From Chlorokybus atmophyticus (lineage: Eukaryota > Plantae > Mesostigma and Chlorokybus algae), in contig RHPI01001037.1 in the NCBI GenBank assembly GCA_009103225.1, positions 1,216,916-1,280,915 of the forward strand: 64,000 nt of DNA, given 5' to 3'. The translations under genes were made by a program, and so were the position numbers. A model generated the notes under the pieces. That model was not told where the DNA came from. It made no database searches and worked only from the letters and a program-made list of their open reading frames with translations. Of this stretch, positions 26,970 to 40,416 are shown one piece after another (within the stretch, counting starts at the first letter, position 1; every line of letters starts with the position of its first letter).

Positions 26970-29200
26970 TTAAGCATAAGACCTCAGCCCCAGATGCCAG
27001 AGCAGCTGCCCGCTCTTGACACGGAGCATTGACATTGTCGGACTGCCCTTGACAACAGGTGCGGGCGGGCTGGGTGAAGTGGCTGTGTTGTCCGGACACG
27101 CGCCACAAGACGTGATGTTCATCTTCAGCACTTCGCGTCGCAGGCGTTCGAATGACGACACGTCTATCGGTGTCCCATTCACATCAGTGAGGTAGAACAG
27201 GTCTGCAGCGCAACCATTGCTCGTGGCAACCTCTGCTCTGGCAATGTTCACACCCGACTCTCGAAACACGCGAGTTACATCGGAGAGAAGACCGCATCGG
27301 TCTTGACTTGTAATCTCCAGGCGCAAGCCCTGATGTTGCAATGTTACGTTGGTACAGGCTGAGTACTGGCATCTATACACACAGCCACTGCTTACCTGTG
27401 GTGTACGGCGCATGATAGCGGCGTGAATTGCCTCGGTCAACTCTTGTTGCTCAGCTGCAGAGCGCAACAGGTAGCCGTCTTTGTGGCGTAGGTAAAACTC
27501 CTGTTGTGTAATTACCATGGGTAAAATCATCAGTACCACATCACATACACACAGTGGACGTGTGTGTTATTCACCTGCAGGCCTAGCCCGTCTGACGAGT
27601 CAATGGTGGCATGGAATATCTCATAGTGCATATCGGTCAGCGTGCACAAGACATCAAAGAACAACTTGGGGCGGTCGGGACTGCGGATAGACAGCAGCGT
27701 GTACCCGCCATGCGTGCCCATTGTCTCCATGTTCTTGAATGTAACGACAGGAGTGCTGCGATCGGGCCCGCGCTTGCGCTGAGGGACCGCAATTGGGGCG
27801 GAGCAGCTGCCGTCCGGTTCAGCTGTCTGCATCAGCATCAACTGGTGCAAACGCCGCTCGGTGTGACAGGTCTGGCCAAAACTCTGTTGATGCAGGCAAG
27901 CATTTCAGCATAACTTGCAAGGTAGATAGTCAACATGGACAAAAACTAGCAGCCATTATCTCACTAATGACGCACATAGGCACAGTCGTGTGAAGACGGA
28001 AAACAAAAGTCAGATGTACTCACGCTTATTGAAGCAAAGCCAGGTGCGGCGTCCGATCGCAATACGGCCAGCAGCATATCTCGTATCCGGTTCAGCGCAG
28101 ACTCGTCAACAATGGGCTTGCCCGCAGCATCAGTGACGCAAATCACACACGCCACATGCTGTTGATGGGTCCAAAGCTCTGCACTGTGTATGCTGCACTG
28201 CAGCCGGTTGAGCAACCCGGAAACCTCAGACAAGAGACCAGGACGGTCTACTCCCGCAAGCTCTACAATAGTACACCACTTCTCATTCGCCTGCTGTGGA
28301 CTTGATGCTGACGGTGAGGGCACCACGCCAGCAAATGTGCAACTCACAGTGAACAAGCGCTGCGCACAGACATCCTCACATCAGTACAGACAAGGCTTGA
28401 GCAAGGACGTGAAGAAAATGGCAATGAAGTGGGAACCAACCTCTTGAATTCTGTTCACCAACCCATCCTCCTGTATCTTAAGTCCGCGCGTGTCAGTCAA
28501 GTGAAACACTGCGTCACATGCAGTAGTGTGAGACACTCATACTCGAGGTAAACCATAAGTCTTCCACACAGCAATGACAGACATGAGTACCACCTTTAGC
28601 TGACAGCATTGTTGCGTTGTAAGCAACACTGGACAGCAGCAAAGTGCTAGACACTACACCATGCGCTTAAAGTCGTAGTGCAAGGCTGCAACCCAACTCT
28701 CTCACCATCCACAAACCAGCCGCCGTCCGACGAAACAGTGGCCTTGTGGATCATCAGGCCCAAGTCGCTAAGCGTTTGCACCACTTCCAGTAGCGACCCT
28801 CGCCGGTTTGCACTGTCAATCTGCGAGGTGGAATCATCAGCATGCATTGCCAGCAGCAGGTAGGGAGAAAGTCTGCAGCACTCCAGTGTGCTTACTGTGA
28901 TGATGGTGTACTGAGTAGACGAGTCATTGTCTATGACAATCCTGTGAGCGGCAGCAGAGTGAGCAACACCACAACACCACCCGTCCCTCAAAAACAAGAA
29001 ACTCGCAGGCAGCAAGCGCACCTTGGGGGGTCCAACCTCAGGGACAGTGTGTCGAAATCTGTTGCGCAACAACAGTTAAGAAAGAGTTTAAACGCAGCCA
29101 TGCCAAGGACAGCGTGTCGCACAGTATAAATGTACACAATTGGAAGAAAACAACCACGTCCGCAGCCAAGACACAGCCCTGCCACAGCCGTACCGTCCAT
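26970..29200 (-). CDS. ACR: ACT domain repeat protein (plant ACR family)
   Basis: MD|DFDTLSLRLDPPR|IVIDNDSSTQYTIIT|IDSANRRGSLLEVVQTLSDLGL...SSDGGWFVD|VFHLTD; DRPGLLSEVSG; DRPKLFFDVLCTLTDMHYEIFHATI; DRCGLLSDVTRVFRESG; C-terminal LWHLGLRSYA*. Confidence 0.9.
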
Positions 29201-31330
29201 GGCGCTGAAGCAAGGGCGTGCCCCTCGTGTGGACGCCTGTTATTGCTCCGCCAGCTCTACAGCAGCGAGCTGCCAGCAACAAGCAGAAAGAACGCAGCAC
29301 GCCTCACAACCACAGACGCACATCCTGAGCCCCGCCCCGGGCACCGCCGCCACCATCGTCCAAGCTAGCCCTGCTTGCCCACCAAATCAGCCCAGCCCAA
29401 CGTCCAGTACAGCTTGCCTGGCCGCCCCGCTGGGAAAAGGCCAAGCCTAGCCAAGCTGAGCTGACGCCAAGCCGAAGCTGAGTTGAAGCTAACACACTTG
29501 CGCTGTGTGATAACACCCGGCGATTCTCGCGCTAGCCAAAAGGTGAGGCAGTAAGGTGAGCCTTGAGCGAACGTTAGCTCACAGCGCTTGGACGCGGGGC
29601 ACCGCGCGCCGTGTTACAATTGTGGAGAAAGCTAGCGCGTAACCGAAGCAGAAGCCGCGTTCTCCTCGCCTGCGTGCTAGCGTTAACGAGCGTGTCCTGG
29701 CAGCAGTCACGCTCCACCGAGACAGTGGCGCGTGTAGGGTAGGCACTGCCTGCTAGGCAGGCAGGCTGGCGTTGCGAGGAGAGGCGATGCACGGGCGCGA
29801 GGACAAGCCCGTGACCGCAGCGCGCAAAAGCAGGGGCGGCGTTTCGACAGGACGACGTCGCGGTCGCCACTCGCAATGACGAGGGCGACCGGGCCGGCGC
29901 TTAGGGAGAGATACACGAACCTTGTTGCCAACAAGTTGTTGGCCTTCAAACAGGGCCTGTATCAATTCACACATCAACCGGATGCTAGCAGGATCGGATG
30001 TCATTTAACTCATAAGTGTTCTTGACAATCACAATCAACTACATATAAAAATGCCACTGATGGTCATGCCAAAATCCACATATGCGGATTCGTTGTGACT
30101 CTTAACATATAAGCTATAAGTGCAAAGACGCGCATGTATGCAATGCAATAAAAACCATCTATGAGAATAAGACTTTAATTAACAATCCAGAGTGTTCAAT
30201 TGCCTTATACAAACTATGACGTAGCAGCCATGCATATACATGACATAGTAACATGCAAAGTTATATGACATGCAAGATGGGTTACAATAACATCAGTACT
30301 TGTATGTATCCATTGAATTACTATAATATGCTCTGTGAATGTGGATACGATACCGCAATCAAGTGCGCGCAAACAAAAATGCATGTTGTGCATGCGCATG
30401 CACAACATGCATTTTATGAGTTAGCTGCAGTAACATCACGACATATGCGGACACATGCACTTTTGAAAGTTGACATCGATAATATGGCCACTTTGCTTTA
30501 CTTGATATAACCAACATAAGCATGTTTCTTAAAATGGCGGGCAGGATTCAAGAGAGGTGCACTCCCAAGATTACAATGAGGGCGCGTGCACAGCTTCAAA
30601 GCCACCCTCGACATGCAAATTGATGTGAAAAAGGAGGCCATAAACAACACCTCCACAACGCACCTTTTTCCGCAATACATCAATTGCTCATAACCCAGCA
30701 TGCCAGCATTGCGAGTTTGAGTGAAGACGACAACATGCACTACGATGCGGTACGTTCATCAGAAATAATATTGTGAAATGGTCCCAGCAGCGGCTATACT
30801 ATTCACATTTCAAGAAAGTACTTGAGGTCGTCAAATTATTCTTGTTAGGCACCACATAAGGTTGATGCACATTGGACAATGTCTCAAGAGGCCACGATTG
30901 CATAATTCATGACAAAGTTGCACTACTTGAAAGTGAACATAGTTGGATGGGGGACGTAGCATTCTAGAGATAAAAGGGGTTAGATGTGAATCGTTGGTGG
31001 CCATGTACTTACAAATTCGGTGAAGATTCTTCTAGTGTTCTCCCTAGAGTGGCAAAGTGTTTCGGTAAAGAGCGTAGCCAAGTTCTCCATCGGTGTGTCC
31101 AATATGCCGAGAAGTGCTGGATTGACTACAAACAGTTGACTGTGGAGTTCGGATACTATTGCTCAGCCCATATTATTTCAACGCAGCTTTGCAAGTGTTG
31201 TGCGATGCTGAAGAAAACAGTGCTGAGGCAAACACTTGCTAACACTAACCCTGCATGACAACCTAGCGACTCAAACCGAATGGGACTAGCAGGCGCGCGC
31301 TTTTCGCGCTCTTCGAAATAGCCCCCAAAG

Positions 31331-32263
31331 TCAGTACCCTTTGTTGCCGCGTATTCGTCTCCTCATGTCCAACTGCGCACACCCATTGGTTAGCAAAACT
31401 TGCATGTTGCTGGGAGCAGACACCCACCAGGTGACAGGATAAAATCATAGTTTATGCATAGGAACACGCACACGCGCATAGGAGCACGCAGGCATGCACA
31501 TCTGTGTATGCGTATACACAGCATGCAGGCACGCACACCTGCGTATATGCTACATATGCACCAAATCGGATTATACAATGCCACGACAATGCATTCACAC
31601 CTGTCCTCGCTTGCACTCGTAATATACAGTGCGCAAGCCCTGGCACTCCTGGCTCACGCCTTCAGTGCGGCCCGCGCACTCTTTCAAAGTTCTGCCCTCA
31701 ACCTGCAGTCGAGAAGACGTTAGCCAAGCCGAGCAATGTGTATGTATGCGTAGTGTTTGTACTCTAAGCAATGTGCGTGTTCAGGTGTGCATGCTGCACG
31801 TAACGCTGGCAAACCAAGCCCGTTACTGGCTGATTGCTGCACCTTTCTTATATACAATACAGAGACAATTGCACTGATGCATGCACACAATTTCTTGTAT
31901 CGGTGAGATCCTGGAAAGAACTCATCGTTCGGTGAATGTGGTCACGCCAGAACTTTCGTAGCTACTATAATTCTAAGTTCGAACAAACTCAAGTATATGT
32001 GACGTAACCAATGAAATGCCGCGCCCCGCCGTTGCTTCATGCATGAAGGGCGGCAACCAGACGACAAAACATGCAAAGGATGCTTTATTGAGCTACCTCA
32101 ACACCGTTTTCTCACTGACTGCATGCATCTCAACGCAATCCTGATATTCATGAACCGTTGAACCCTCACAGCCTACTTTGTCTCGCGGGCGTACCTTGAC
32201 GCAATCGCTGTCCGCCAGGCACTTCACGAGCTCATCCAGCAACCCCTTGCACGACTTGGACAT
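31331..32263 (-). CDS. COA5: Canonical COA5/PET191, 70 aa
   Basis: complement join(32195..32263,31601..31702,31331..31372): MSKSCKGLLDELVKCLADSDCVK|VEGRTLKECAGRTEGVSQECQGLRTVYYECKRGQ|LDMRRRIRGNKGY*. Confidence 0.93.
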
Positions 32264-32905
32264 CGCCGCCTCCGCCTTGGCCTTGCGGCGTTTTCTAGCA
32301 TGAGGCAAGCTGCGAAGTTCGTCTGTCTGCTAAGGGACCAGCACTGACAGTCGACATTTGCATAGTATGTCGATAATATGGCTGGCTGTCGGCGTAGCGG
32401 AAGGCGGCTAGTCGGGGCGCTAAAGCGCGAAAAAGTGAGAAGTGGCAGTGTAGGATGGATGCGTTGCAGCCAAGGTGCCTTGCAACATAAGAGTGTGGTG
32501 ATGTCGAGAGACTTGTTGGTTGATGCAGCTATGAACTGCTTAAGCACGGCCGCACGCATGCACCCGGTCAACAACCAACCACCTGTGGTGCCTGTGGATA
32601 GCTTTAATAACTGGTAGTGCACATGGTTTGCAGGACACGTGTACCAAATAAACCAACGTCAACACCGGCTGATGGCACACAAGGCACAGAAGGCACAATG
32701 GAGTCTCTCTGTGTACATATTGTGCAGGCAGGCCATGCAAGAGCGCAGCGCAACAACTGTCAATGCAGCTTTGCGTCCTGAAAACATGTGCACATGTGTG
32801 CGCAGAACATCATGGTGAATTGATATGGTACCCAGCGGTCTCCTCGTGATTAACTGCACTCAAGCAAGTACTATTGAACGCGCTAAAGCAGATCTGATGT
32901 GCAGG

Positions 32906-35900
32906 CTACAAGTATGGCCCTCTGGTAACCAAAATGTCTGCATACGGTGCGCGCTGCTCCACGCGGATGTAGCGGGTGGAAGTCAATACTGCAAGCACAA
33001 GCGTGCTTATCAGGTATGGTTAGTATGCAAACATGTGCACGCTCGGGTTTTGCACTCACCGCACACTTGATAAAACATGCGTGCAGCGCGCGAAGCTTTC
33101 ATGCCTGCTGTCATGGCAAACAAGGACTGCTTGTCGTCACTTGCATCCAACGCAGAACGCAGGTACCTGCCAGTGTTGCGGGCTGATAAGTAATGTAATC
33201 ACTTATCATCAGACAGCCACAGCTCAGATCGGTGAACTCATCGTTAAAGCACATGTCTTGATCACACATGTTGCAAGACAGTAACCAATGTGGTACGTAT
33301 CTGTCACCAGTTTGTGCAGATGACACGTGGCAACATGTGAAGTAGAGCACTTACGGTAACACAGCAGCAGTCATCTTGTCAACAGAGCTGTTGGGTCCTG
33401 GACGCTGTGACAGGGCACCAGACTCTTCCAGCAGCTCTGCATGGCATCTCATGATGAACAATAATGAGAGCGATCACACAGCAAACAGACAGCCTAATTG
33501 ACTGACAGTTAGCATACCGAACTGAGTGAGTGACCCAACAAAGTTGTTGTGTGGGCTGTCACGGTCAACAGAGTCGTCGCCATTCAGGGGACCAAATGCG
33601 TCGCGAGCAACCGGGGGACTCAAAGGAGATCTGCAGGAACGTTTGTAAGTGGTGCGTCTGTAGAGACAGATTGCTAAACACTTCTCACTCACTTGTCTGT
33701 TTGGAAGTCTATGTCAGGCATCTCCAAATCAGGTTGCCGCATGCCGCTGCCGGGATGTGATGACACATGGCCACGGCTGCCACTTCGCCCGCTTGCACCA
33801 CTGCTGGCTGCTGCACAACAGATGCATGTTCATAAATGCCATTCGGAGAGGCAAAAGGTGATGGTGGATGTACATTTGTGGACAGCTGTACCATTTTTAC
33901 CTGGGTGCGGAGTGGAGGCGTTGCCAGTTCTGGGTGTAGTTCCTCGCCGATGTTCCAACAGAAGGTTGCCATGTCCCTGCATCGCAGTCGCAATCACTCA
34001 TAGTCAGGCACAAGCGCCAGTTGCCTGTGTGCACTCACCAGATCATCGGAAGGAAAGCTGCCAAAGCCGTCGAATGGTTGTTCAGCGGATGATGTGTCTT
34101 TTTGAGACAGGGGAGTGGAGGCGGGGCTCGGAGGAGGCATCGGGACGTGTACTTGTGCGTTCCTGTGCCACAAGTCCAACAGCTGAGGCGCCCAAGTCCC
34201 GTCCACAAGGCAACCCCTTGCTGCCGGTGTAGTAAACAGTTGTTCTATGTCCAGCCTTGGCCGACGCTGCCAAGAAAAACACTGGTTTTGGTATGTTATG
34301 GATATGTGTTCAAGTTATCATCAGTTTTTAACTGGTTGGGTGAGCGACAGTCAGGTCACGTTGATATTGAGCTGAGTGCACTTGAGCAGCCTCAAGCATG
34401 CGTGCATACATATATACGCAATGAAGTCTCTCTCACCTTCACTGGTCGGTGTACGACTATGTCGCAGGCATCCTGCAACCATGCGGTGAACTCCGCAGCT
34501 GGGATCTCCGACACATCATCAACAGCAGCAGGCCGCGGCTGCCTTCGCTTGCGCTGCCGTTGCCGTTGTGCAGCCTTCACTCGCACATTTCAGAGTTGGC
34601 TATTTAGAACATGATCTGGTGGTCGGTTTAATCTTGTATAGGCTATATACTGCTGTGCAAACCATCACAATCACCTGCTGCTCATTGTCTCGGGCTTCCC
34701 TATCACCATCAGTTGGTGGCACGGCACTGTCATGTTGGCCAAAGTCTGGAGGGGCTTGTTCCATAGGGTCTTCTTGAATTGGTGCAAGTGTGGGTTGCGC
34801 TGCATGAGCAGGACAGCATAAGATGCATAGTGTTTTTGCTGCTGGCACTGTTTGCACCTGATATGAGCAAAGGCACTTACAGCGTCCAGAGCCTGCGGGT
34901 GAAGAGAAGTCTGCCGTGTCCGCAAAGTATGCCGAGTTGAGGTCGACGGGTTGTAGCGTGTCTTCAAACTGATCCTGCGCACTCCTGACAGGTGCAGCAA
35001 ACAGACACAGTATCGGCACGCACACTCTGCCAAGCGGCTTGGCACCATGCAAATTACATGACAACAATATTTACCCGCAACCAATGCCGGCGCTGAACTG
35101 GTTGTCCTTGATCGTGATGTCTGCGCTGTTGGCTGTGCCCATCAACGTTGAAGTGTCAGTGCACTTGCTTGTTAACTGCTGCCTTCAGTGCAAGTTGGCC
35201 TTACCAACTCGCGTGCGGTCCATCGCAGGATCAGGCAGCGGAGTGGGCGCACCAACCATGAACATGACGTCACCGCCCTAGTTGACAAGTTTGCGCACAA
35301 CTTTGCAGTTGACGAACAAAATAACGCGACTGACCATAACAAAGTTGCAAGCGTCAACCCCTCACCTGCACAATGCGGAGGTAGTCGGCGGGGTCCACAT
35401 CAGAGTCAAGGAGGGATGCAGGACGTGGTGTTGCAATAGAAACCGTCTCAAACCTGCAGAAAGCGGTCTGCGTAACGCCACGGTGGTGCTACCAAACAGC
35501 GCGAATGCATTGTTTGGCTGCTGTTGTGTGCAGAGGAGGTTCATACCTGGCAGTTTCTCTTCCCTTCTGTAGATTCTGCCCATCAAAGTTTGTCTGCTTG
35601 AAACTTGAACTGAGTTTGACCTGCAAGTAGTAGCGTGACATTCCTTCGATTACAACCTGCTCGCAGCCAGTTGATGCATACAACCATTGCAGACAGCGAG
35701 CAAACTACAGCACGCTTCAAGTGCTGGCGCAAGTATGGTTACAACCAGCTCACCAGGAAGGAGTTGACGTCCTCTGCCAAGGAAAAACTAAAGCATTTAG
35801 TTATTAATGCAGCTGTGCTAAAGTGCAACAACGCATGCAGCGCAAGCAGCAGATTTGTACTCATACTAGTTTGTGCATTGTGGCTGCTTGGTAGCAGCAT

Positions 35901-36664
35901 GCACTGTCATAGCATTGGCCTTAACAAGCATGATAGCACTCACCGTACAGAAAACGCTGCTGACGCTCAAACACAACAACTACGCCACCTGAACATAGCA
36001 ACAGCGACAGGAACTTAGTCGCACTTTCGTCATGCCTGGCGGCCTCCAACTTGAGGCAGCTGCCCAGGCCTTGTCTGTTGTCACCTCAAACTCATGCTTC
36101 GTGCTTACCCATCAGAATCCCACTGAGCCTCAAGGCAAGGGGAGTCGGTGGATGAATGATCTGTTCGCTGCAGAGCAGCAGTGGACAACGCCAGCATCAA
36201 CACAATGCCAACCGCCGCTATTGTGTATCATCGTGCGATAGCAATGCTTGTTCGCTACCAGTGCATGCTGGCATGCTTATCACCTCAGTGCCCCATGCAT
36301 ACGTTGCTGTAACACGCTTGCTGCTTATCATACCAGGTCTCCTCAATGCTGATGGCTTGCACATTCTTCTTGGTAAGCTTGGCACGCATGGTTGCCGCGA
36401 TCCTGTCAACGAACAGAAACAGAAAGAGTTGATAACCAAGAGCTATCAGGCGTCGGTGAGAGTCGATGACAATTGCAGCTGGCAAGTTGCAAGTTACTGC
36501 CAGTGCCTGCTGTGTGGAGTAAACTTGCGACTGTGCATGCACCCCGCATTGTCACATGTGGAGTCCAAAATACCCCCTTCAGCCCAGCTGTCCCGAGGAC
36601 ACAGGCCTCACCATATGCGGCCTAGCGGCCCCTTTTTGGCGAGCAGCTGGTGCGAGTAGAACAT
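32906..36664 (-). CDS. REC8: Meiotic kleisin cohesin subunit REC8/SYN1-like
   Basis: N-terminal MFYSHQLLAKKGPLGRIW|IAATMRAKLTKK..CEQIIHPPTPLALRLSGILM|GGVVVVFERQQRFLY|EDVNSFL (the LSGILMGGVV signature is REC8/SYN1-type rather than RAD21-type); middle FTAWLQDACDIV; C-terminal ELLEESG, ARMFYQVC|VLTSTRYIRVEQRAPYADILVTRGPYL*. Internal exons only partly resolved. Confidence 0.88.
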
Positions 36665-37286
36665 GGTGGTCTGTCAGGCGGACTCCCTCCCTTCAGTTGC
36701 CAGTAGTAGGGGAGCAGGCTAGCCTCAGCAGCCCTCACTGCCGCCACAGTTGCCAGCAGCGCCGCCTCCACGCACCTTCCAGCTCTATGGCATGCACTGT
36801 GCTCTGCTGCTCTGCTACGACTGGCGCTAGGCCTAAGCCTTACTCTGCACCAGCAGCAGAGTAGTGCATGCTTCCATGCAAGGCTCGCAGGCATGTGCCA
36901 TCGACCCCGCCATTTCCAGGACGCAGCGATGCCAGTAGCCTGCTGCCAGAATAGCCAGTAGCCTACTGGCACTTGGGCTGCCAAGCTATTAAGACGCTGA
37001 CAAGACGTTAGGTTGACCAACGTTAAGGTTTGGGCTTGTGTCGTTTAGGCAACGGCAGTGCATTGAGCTTTGCGCACTGCCGGCGGCGGTGGCGGAGGCG
37101 GCGGCGGCGGTTGTGACGGGAGGAGACGGTGTAGCTACGAGTATGTAACATACTGTATGTTACAGCATGTTGTTGGTGTTTGCAGAATTAGAACAGTCGT
37201 GTTCAGCTGTGTGCTGACACGCTGAGGTGCGGGCGGTTAGGAACCAACACAGGCGAGCACTGCCTGTAACATGTGTCTCCACCGCT

Positions 37287-38423
37287 ATGGCCTGGAGTTT
37301 TGTGAAGCGCATGGCTTTCCTTACGCCCATTTGCATGTTTCTCAACGACACTGTGGCGTCCATGAAGGTAAGCTAACAAGCGTGGATGGGTTTTGATTAA
37401 TTCGCAGGTGTTGCAAGGTCAAAGCTTGCCATCCAAAACCACAGTTTCATACGGTTTGCTGATGACAGAGATCAGTTCATCAGTGGTGTATGCTACAAAG
37501 GCAGTGTTTTGTTGGCCACAAAGTCATTATGCGTGTGCATCATTTGAAGTTGGTTGTTGATGAGTGTCGGGGGTGATGTTCATTTGCTTCGTGTGCCGTA
37601 CTACACATCACGTCATAGGTACTACTTGTGTCGATGCGCACTCTGCACCACGGTGTCCCAGGTTCAAGTGTAGCAACCCTGTGATTGAGGCTGTGCATGT
37701 TTGCTCTGTTATTTCAACACAGAACCGCTCTGCAGGGTATTACAGGTCGCAGCATGCAACCCACACTGAACCCTCCAAATGCTCAGCAGCCTGATCGCGT
37801 GCTGCTGGAGCGGTTATCAGCGCGTGCTTGCCAGTACAGACGCGGGGATGTGATTGTGCTGAGGTACGAGCAGTAGTTGTTGTTCGTTGGTTGCAAATGC
37901 TGCTCTGGCAAGGGAGCGGACTTGTTGCAAGCAGACACCGTTTGTTGTTGTAGCACGGCCATCACTTAACTATAACTGCCAACTACTTCAGGTCGCCTGA
38001 AGAGCCACACTTGACACTCGTCAAGCGCATGATTGCGCTGGAAGGCGACTGGGTGACGGTGCCAGGCAAGGGCGATATTGAGCGTGTGCCAAAAGGCCAT
38101 TGCTGGGTTGAAGGAGACAATGCTGCAAACAGCTCAGACTCAAACCACTATGGACCGGTGAGTCACTCACGAGGGTCTTCGTGAACATATGCTTGTGTGC
38201 GCTGCGCATGCAAGTTCCAGTTCTATGTTGCCTAGTTGCCTGGAAGCACTGCATCCCTTTCAGCTGACAACCAGCTGCATGCTAGGTGCCATTGGCGTTG
38301 ATTGAGGGTCGAGTGACGCACATCATCTGGCCTCTAGATCGGATTGGCAGAGTCCAAAGCAAGGTGCCTGAGGGGCGCGTTATGTTCCAAAGCAACACGC
38401 GCACCTGGCATAGACGATCTTGA
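37287..38423 (+). CDS. IMP2: Mitochondrial inner membrane protease subunit 2 (S26 peptidase)
   Basis: join(37287..37367,37736..37863,37991..38157,38286..38423): GRSMQPTLNP (catalytic Ser), RGDVIVLR|SPEEP..LVKRMIALEGDWV (catalytic Lys), VPKGHCWVEGDN..NSSDSNHYGP|VPLALIEGRVTHIIWP. Head-to-head with REC8. Confidence 0.92.
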
Positions 38424-40416
38424 CGCACCAGCTGTCCACTTTATGTATTCGCACATGCACAGAGCTCCAGTTATCTTATGACGTAATGGGCTGCCTTGTT
38501 GTGGTAGTATGCAAATATTCAGTGGGCTAGCCATAATGAGCGGCTGCTGTCACCGCTCTTGTACATACAGCACGCTTAGCCGTTTTTACCAGGGGTAGGC
38601 TTTACTATGAGGGAAATGCACCAGTTGTGAAGGTTGAGGTACCTGATAGATTGAATGATTAATGGTAGGCGCTGTCTCCCAACTCAGGTTCGCTAGTCCT
38701 GCTTTTACTTGACCATGAGTTGCATGACACCTGCAAACGTGTTTGAAGCATGTGCAAACCATGCAAGGCTTACTTCACCAAGCCCTTGTGTACTGTTGTA
38801 ACTGTGACCTGATTGAATCGTACATATACAAGATGCAATGCGCAGACATCCTGATGACATGGAAGGTAGTGGTAGTACAAAGCAATTGCTAAGCACAGAC
38901 TCACACGCACGTGGAGGTGCAAACCTAAGAAATAACTACAATGACCACTACAATCGCCCTGTTGCTGTCAACTTGCCCTGACCTTTCGTGGCTACAGTTG
39001 ACAGGCTGGGCAAGGTGGCAGACGCGGCTTTTGCTATGCTGCTAGATAAGGTGGTGAGACCCCCGGTGGTGGTTGATATCGCTGCAGCTCCAGCCGGATC
39101 CATCCTGGCAGACGGGCCAGAAGGTTGATACCTGTACAGACCACGATCCCGTTGTTGTGCTTGCGTACGCGGGCCTCATGTCTGTTGCTGAGCCTGGGAG
39201 AGAGGTGCCGTGCGGGGGATACCGCACAGCGGGTAAGGCGGAGGTTGTTGCGAACGGCTGGTAGGTTGGGGTGGCAGTGGCTGGCAAGGGTTGGTAGGAT
39301 GTTGATGTTGAAGGTGTCGCCGTCGGCAGTTGTGTTGTACTCATCGTAGTGGTCCCTGTTGGCCAAGCGCTCGACATGGGGAACTGCATAGAGCTGGACA
39401 TGGCAGATCTTATGCGGCTTAGCTGTGCATTATTCACTTGAGTGTGGAGCCACCTGCCACAACATTCAGACGGTGAGCGTCATGTCAAGAAGCACCATGT
39501 GCCCAAGTTTTAGTAATTATGCAGTGGAACAGTACAATGCGCATACTGTATCATCTGCGCATTGGACTGTCAAAGCTGCATTGCTTCCTCTAGCTTGGCA
39601 TTGAGGTCATCCTCCTGCTTATGCAACTGGTTACCGCTTGGCCGCAAAATGCACAACACGTTCATACTCTGCGCTCTGCAATCAGAACCAGCGCATTTGC
39701 AAGCACCTTTGCCCTGAGGGAGTCATTGTCAGCCAATTGTGTATCCAGCTCCTGCTTCAAGTGCGATGCGTCAAGTGCGGCCTTGTCAATCATCGCCTGG
39801 CGCTCAGTGAGCAGATGCTCTTGCTGAGCATTCACTGCTGTCTTGAGCTTCAGCTTTGACTAGTTTGCACGCAAGTCCATCCGCACATGGCAGGGATTAC
39901 CTTTCCATCTTAGCATGGGTTTATCAAGAGACAACAACATCCAAAGTCCCAAAACAGCGCCCAATAAACAAAGTTTGAGACCCACCTGAAGACGTTTAAT
40001 GCTTGCGCAACGAGCATAGTTGTGTGGCACCACAAATGATAGCAACCATGCCTTACCTTTTCCCTTGCATCTGCCAACTGATTCGCATGCTGCGACTTCA
40101 ACTCGCTAATTGTGCGGCTGCTAGCTTCGTGCAACTCGCAAAACTCCCTATGTTTGTGGAGTCATCAATGGTGTAAAAACCAATCTATGAAGCTGTCAAC
40201 AACTTACTGCTCATCACACGGAATTTTCCGCGGACCAGCCCTGGTCCGCACGTACGAACTAGTGTCAAATTGCCCGGGCGGCTTGGGGTCCGGACTAGGG
40301 TCGCCCGCCTTGGTCTGCGCGCGGGGACTAGGGCTGGTCCAACAGTATGTAATTGTCCCACGGTCCCCGAGAACCGGCAAGCCCTAGGCCTTCAAGACAT
40401 TGCCGCTCAGGGCGCC

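Noticed and set aside
30500-31140. Ty1/Copia reverse transcriptase remnant (minus-strand FDDLKYFLEM at about 30807-30835)
   Set aside because: A single short motif in stop-riddled AT-rich DNA; too weak to call without a profile search.
32378-32900. Plus-strand gene divergent from COA5 (MAGCRRSGRRLVGALKREK)
   Set aside because: No consistent exon chain or known motif could be built.
39034-39420. SET-domain-like (LASHCHPNL) or HxD oxygenase-like reading in an alternative frame
   Set aside because: Lacks the NHSC and GEEL..Y motifs; a different frame splices in phase to the upstream coiled-coil exon and explains the region.
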